Shown here one piece after another: positions 57,401 through 64,000 of a DNA stretch of 64,000 nt (position 1 is the stretch's first letter; every line of letters begins with the position of its first letter). The position numbers and the translations under genes are program-made. This DNA comes from Eledone cirrhosa. Taxonomy: Eukaryota. The stretch lies in contig OZ024742.1 of assembly GCA_964016885.1 (NCBI GenBank), forward strand, positions 33,046,001 to 33,110,000, written 5' to 3'. A model generated the notes under the pieces. It did not search any database, was not told where the DNA came from, and was given only the letters and a program-made list of their open reading frames with translations.

Positions 57401-60400
57401 CACACCACATACACACATGACACCCATCACACACACCACATACACACACGACAACCATCACACACACAACACCCATCACACACACCACATACACACACGA
57501 CAACCATCACACACACCACATACACACACAACACCCATCACACACACCACATACACACACAACACCCATCACACACACCACATACACACATGACACCCAT
57601 CACACACACCACATACACACACAACACCCATCAAACACACCACATACACACACGACAACCATCACACACACCACATACACACACAACACCCATCACACAC
57701 ACCACATACACACACAACACCCATCACACACACCACATACACACACGACACCCATCACACACACCACATACACACACAACACCCATCACACACACCACAT
57801 ACACACATGACACCCATCACACACACCACATACACACACGACAACCATCACACACACCACATACACACACAACACCCATCACACACACCACATACACACA
57901 CGACAACCATCACACACACCACATACACACACAACACCCATCACACACACCACATACACACACAACACCCATCACACACACCACATACACACATGACACC
58001 CATCACACACACCACATACACACACAACACCCATCACACACACCACATACACACACGACAACCATCACACACACCACATACACACACGACACCCATCACA
58101 CACACCACATACACACATGACACCCATCACACACACCACATACACACATGACACCCATCACACACAACACATACACACATGACACCCATCACACACAACA
58201 CCCATCACACACACACACACCCATCACACACACCACATACACACACAACACCCATCACACACACCACATACACACACGACACCCATCACACACACCACAT
58301 ACACACACGACACCCATCACACACACACATGACACCCATCACACACACCACATACACACACAACACCCATCACACACACACACACCACATACACACACAA
58401 CACCCATCACACACACCACATACACACACGACACCCATCACACACACCACATACACACACGACACCCATCACACACACCACATACACACATGACACCCAT
58501 CACACACACCACATACACACATGACACCCATCACACACACCACATACACACATGACACCCATCACACACACAACACCCATCACACACACCCATCACACAC
58601 ACCACATACACACATGAGACCCATCACACACACCACATACACACACAACACCCATCACACACACCCATCACACACACCACATACACACATGACACCCATC
58701 ACACACACCACATACACACATGACACCCATCACACACAACACATACACACATGACACCCATCACACACACCACATACACACACAACACCCATCACACACA
58801 CGACACCCATCACACACACGACACCCATCACACACACGACACCCATCACACACACACATGACACCCATCACACACACACATGACACCCATCACACACACC
58901 ACATACACACATGACACCCATCACACACACCACATACACACACAACACCCATCACACACACCACATACACACACAACACCCATCACACACACGACACCCA
59001 TCACACACACCACATACACACACGACACCCATCACACACACCACATACACACATGACACCCATCACACACACCACATACACACATGACACCCATCACACA
59101 CACCACATACACACATGACACCCATCACACACACCACATACACACATGACACCCATCACACACACCACATACACACACAACACCCATCACACACACCACA
59201 TACATACACGACACCCATCACACACACCACATACACACACACACACATGACACCCATCACACACACCACATACACACACAACACCCATCACACACACCAC
59301 ATACATACACGACACCCATCACACACACCACATACACACATGACACCCATCACACACACCACATACACACATGACACCCATCACACACACCACATACACA
59401 CACGACACCCATCACACACACCACATACACACATGACACCCATCACACACACCACATACACACATGACACCCATCACACACACCACATACACACACAACA
59501 CCCATCACACACACCACACCCATCACACACACCACCTACACACACGACAGCCATTACACACACGACACCCATCACACACATCACATACACACACAACACC
59601 TATCACACACACCACATACACACACGACACCCATCACACACACCACATACATCACACACACCACACCCATCACACACACCACATACACACACGACAGCCA
59701 TTACACACACGACACCCATCACACACATCACATACACACACAACACCTATCACACACACCACATACACACACGACACCCATCACACACACCACATACACA
59801 CACGACACCCATCACACACACCACATACACACACGACACCCATCACGCACACCACATACACACACGACACCCATCACACACACCACATACACACACGACA
59901 CCCATCACACACACCACATACACACACGACACCCATCACGCACACCACATACACACACGACACCCATCACACACACCACATACACACACGACACCCATCA
60001 CACACACGACACCCATCACACACACCACATACACACACGACACCCATCACGCACACCACATACACACACGACACCCATCACACACATCACATACACACAC
60101 GACACCCATCACACACACACGACACCCATCACACACACCACATACACACACGACACCCATCCCACACATCACATACACACACGACACCCATCACACACAC
60201 ACCACATACACACACGACACCCATCACACACACACGACACCCATCACACACACCACATACACATACGACACCCATCACACACCCCACATACACACACGAC
60301 ACCCATCACACACACCACATACACACATGACACCCATCACACACACCACATACACACACGACACCCATCACACACATCACATACACACACGACACCCATC

Positions 60401-63400
60401 ACACACACACCACATACACACACGACACCCATCACACACACCACATACACACACGACACCCATCACACACACCACATACACACATGACACCCATCACACA
60501 CTCGGCACTCATCACACACATCACATACAACACCCATCACACACACCACATACACACACACCACATACACACACGACACCCATCACACACACACCACTTA
60601 CACACACGACACCCATCACACACACACCACTAACACACACGACACCCATCACACACACCACATACACACACACCACTTACACACACGACACCCATCACAC
60701 ACACCACATACACACATGACACCCATCACACACACGGCACCCATCACACACATCACATACAACACCCATCACACACACCACATACACACACGACACCCAT
60801 CACACACACCACATACACACACGACACCCATCACACACACCACATACACACATGACACCCATCACACACACACACGACACCCAACACACACATCACATAC
60901 ACACACGACACCCATCACAACACACCACCTACACACATGACACCCATCACACACACACAACACATTTCACACACACACAACCTACACACACGACACCCAT
61001 CACACACACCACATACACACACGACACCCATCAAACACATCACATACACACACGACACCCATCACACACATCACATACACACACGACACCCATCACACAC
61101 ACCACATACACACACAACACCCATCACACACACCACATAGACACACGACACCCATCACACACACCACCTACACACACGATACCCATCACACACACCACAT
61201 ACACACACGACACCCATCACACACACACCACCTACACACACGACACCCATCACACACATCACATACACACACGACACCCATCACACACACCCGTCACACA
61301 CACACCACATACACACACGACACCCATCACACACACCACATACACACATGACACCCATCACACACACCACATACACACACGACACCCATCACACACACCA
61401 CATACACACACAACACCCATCACACACACCACACACACACGACACCAATCACACACACCACCTACACACACAACACCTATCACACATACACACACGACAC
61501 CAATCACACACACCACATACACACAAGACACCCATCACACACACCACCTACACACACGACACCCATCACACACACCACATACACACACAACACCCATCAC
61601 ACACACCACATACACACACGACACCCATCACACACACCACATACACACACAACACCCATCACACACACACACGACACCCAACACACACACCACATACACA
61701 CACAACACCCATCACACACACCACATAAACACACGACACCCAACACACACACCACATACACACACGACACCCATCACACACACCACATACACACACGACA
61801 CCCAACACACACACCACATACACACACGACACCCATCACACACACCACATACACACACAACACCCATCACACACACACACGACACCCAACACACACACCA
61901 CATACACACACGACACCCATCACACACACCACATACACACACGACATCCATCACACACACCACATACACACACGACACCCATCACACACACCACATACAC
62001 ACACGACACCCATCACACACACCAAAAAAACACACGACACCCATCACACACACCACATACACACACGACACCCATCACACACACCACATAGACACACGAC
62101 ACCCATCACACACACCACATACACACATGACACCCATCACACACACCACATACACACACGACACCCATCACACACATCACATTCACGCACCACCTACACA
62201 CAGGACACCCATCATACACACACCACATACACGCACGACACCCATCACACACACCACCTACACACACGACACCCATCACACACACCACATACACACACGA
62301 CACCCATCACACACACCACCTACACACACGACACCCATCACACATATCACATTCACACACGACACCCATCACACACACGACACCCATCACACACACCACC
62401 TACACACACGACACCCATCACACACACACCACATACACACACGACACCCATCACACACACACGACACCCATCACACACACCACCTACACACACGACACCC
62501 ATCACACACACCACATAGACACACGACACCCATCACACACACCACATACACACACGACACCCATCACACACACCACATACACACATGACACCCATCACAC
62601 ACACCACATACACACACGACACCCATCACACACACCACATACACACACGACACCCATCACACACACCACATACACACACGACACCCATCACACACATCAC
62701 ATTCACGCACCACCTACACACACGACACCCATCACACACACACCACATACACACATGACACCCATCACACACACCACATACACACACGACACCCATCACA
62801 CACACCACATAGACACACGACACCCATCACACACACCACATACACGCACGACACCCATCACACACACCACCTATACACACGACACCCATCACACACACCA
62901 CATACACGCACGACACCCATCACACACACCACATACACACATGACACCCATCACACACACCACATACACACACGACACCCATCACACACACCACATAGAC
63001 ACACGACACCCATCACACACACCACATACACGCACGACACCCATCACACACACCACATACACACACGACACCCATCACACACACCACCTACACACACGAC
63101 ACCGATCACACACACCACATAGACACACGACACCCATCACACACACCACATACACGCACGACACCCATCACACACACCACCTATACACACGACACCCATC
63201 ACACACACCACATACACGCACGACACCCATCACACACACCACATACACACATGACACCCATCACACACACCACATACACACACGACACCCATCACACACA
63301 TCACATTCACGCACCACCTACACACACGACACCCATCACACACGACACCCATCACACACACACCACATACACACATGACACCCATCACACACACCACATA

Positions 63401-64000
63401 CACACACGACACCCATCACACACAGCACCTACACACACGACACTCATCACACACACACCACATACACACATGACACCCATCACACACACCACATACACAC
63501 ACGACACCCATCACACACAGCACCTACACACACGACACCCATCACACACACCACATAGACACACGACACCCATCACACACACCACATACACGCACGACAC
63601 CCATCACACACACCACCTACACACACGACACCCATCACACACATCATATAGACACACGACACCCATCACACACACCACCTACACACACGACACCCATCAC
63701 ACACACACCACCTACACACACGACACCCATCACACACACCACATAGACACACGACACCCATCACACACACCACATACACGCACGACACCCATCACACACA
63801 CCACCTACACACACGACACCCATCACACACACCACCTACACACACGACACCCATCACACACATCACATTCACACACGACACCCATCAAACACACCACCTA
63901 CACACACGACACCCATCACACACATCACATTCACACACCACCTACACACACGACACCCATCACACACACACCACATACACACACGACACCCATCACACAC
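54480..64000. repeat. CA-rich minisatellite/satellite, 31-bp unit ACACCCATCACACACACCACATACACACACG
   Basis: Hundreds of tandem copies running off the window end; His/Thr/Pro ORFs are artefacts of the repeat. Confidence 0.97.

Noticed and set aside
54618-63412. Long His/Thr/Pro-rich ORFs up to 578 aa
   Set aside because: They are open in several frames because the CA-rich satellite lacks stops; no other coding evidence

Overview
This is a repeat-dominated, AT-rich eukaryotic window. The repeat repertoire suggests a coleoid cephalopod such as octopus (inference). Only one convincing host exon was found: 37087-37239 on the minus strand, resembling an ankyrin/DHHC palmitoyltransferase of the Patsas type, so the window is probably intronic on both sides of it. 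The rest is transposon-derived. It holds about a dozen copies or fragments of two young RTE-clade LINE subfamilies (A and B), which carry a C4HC3 PHD-like finger inside the RT and sit in (TA)n tracts. It also holds an R4/Dong-like RLE LINE in (TAA)n, a CR1-clade LINE, tRNA-derived SINEs, piggyBac-like TTAA MITEs, a Tc1/mariner fragment and a ~9.5 kb 31-bp CA-rich satellite. Two patterns are most notable. First, about 10 minimal type-I hammerhead-ribozyme motifs from several distinct Penelope-like remnants, often with fold-back palindromes next to (TA)n. Second, near-identical inverted LINE twins and repeated tail-to-tail junctions between subfamilies A and B. All calls were made by eye, with no database search.
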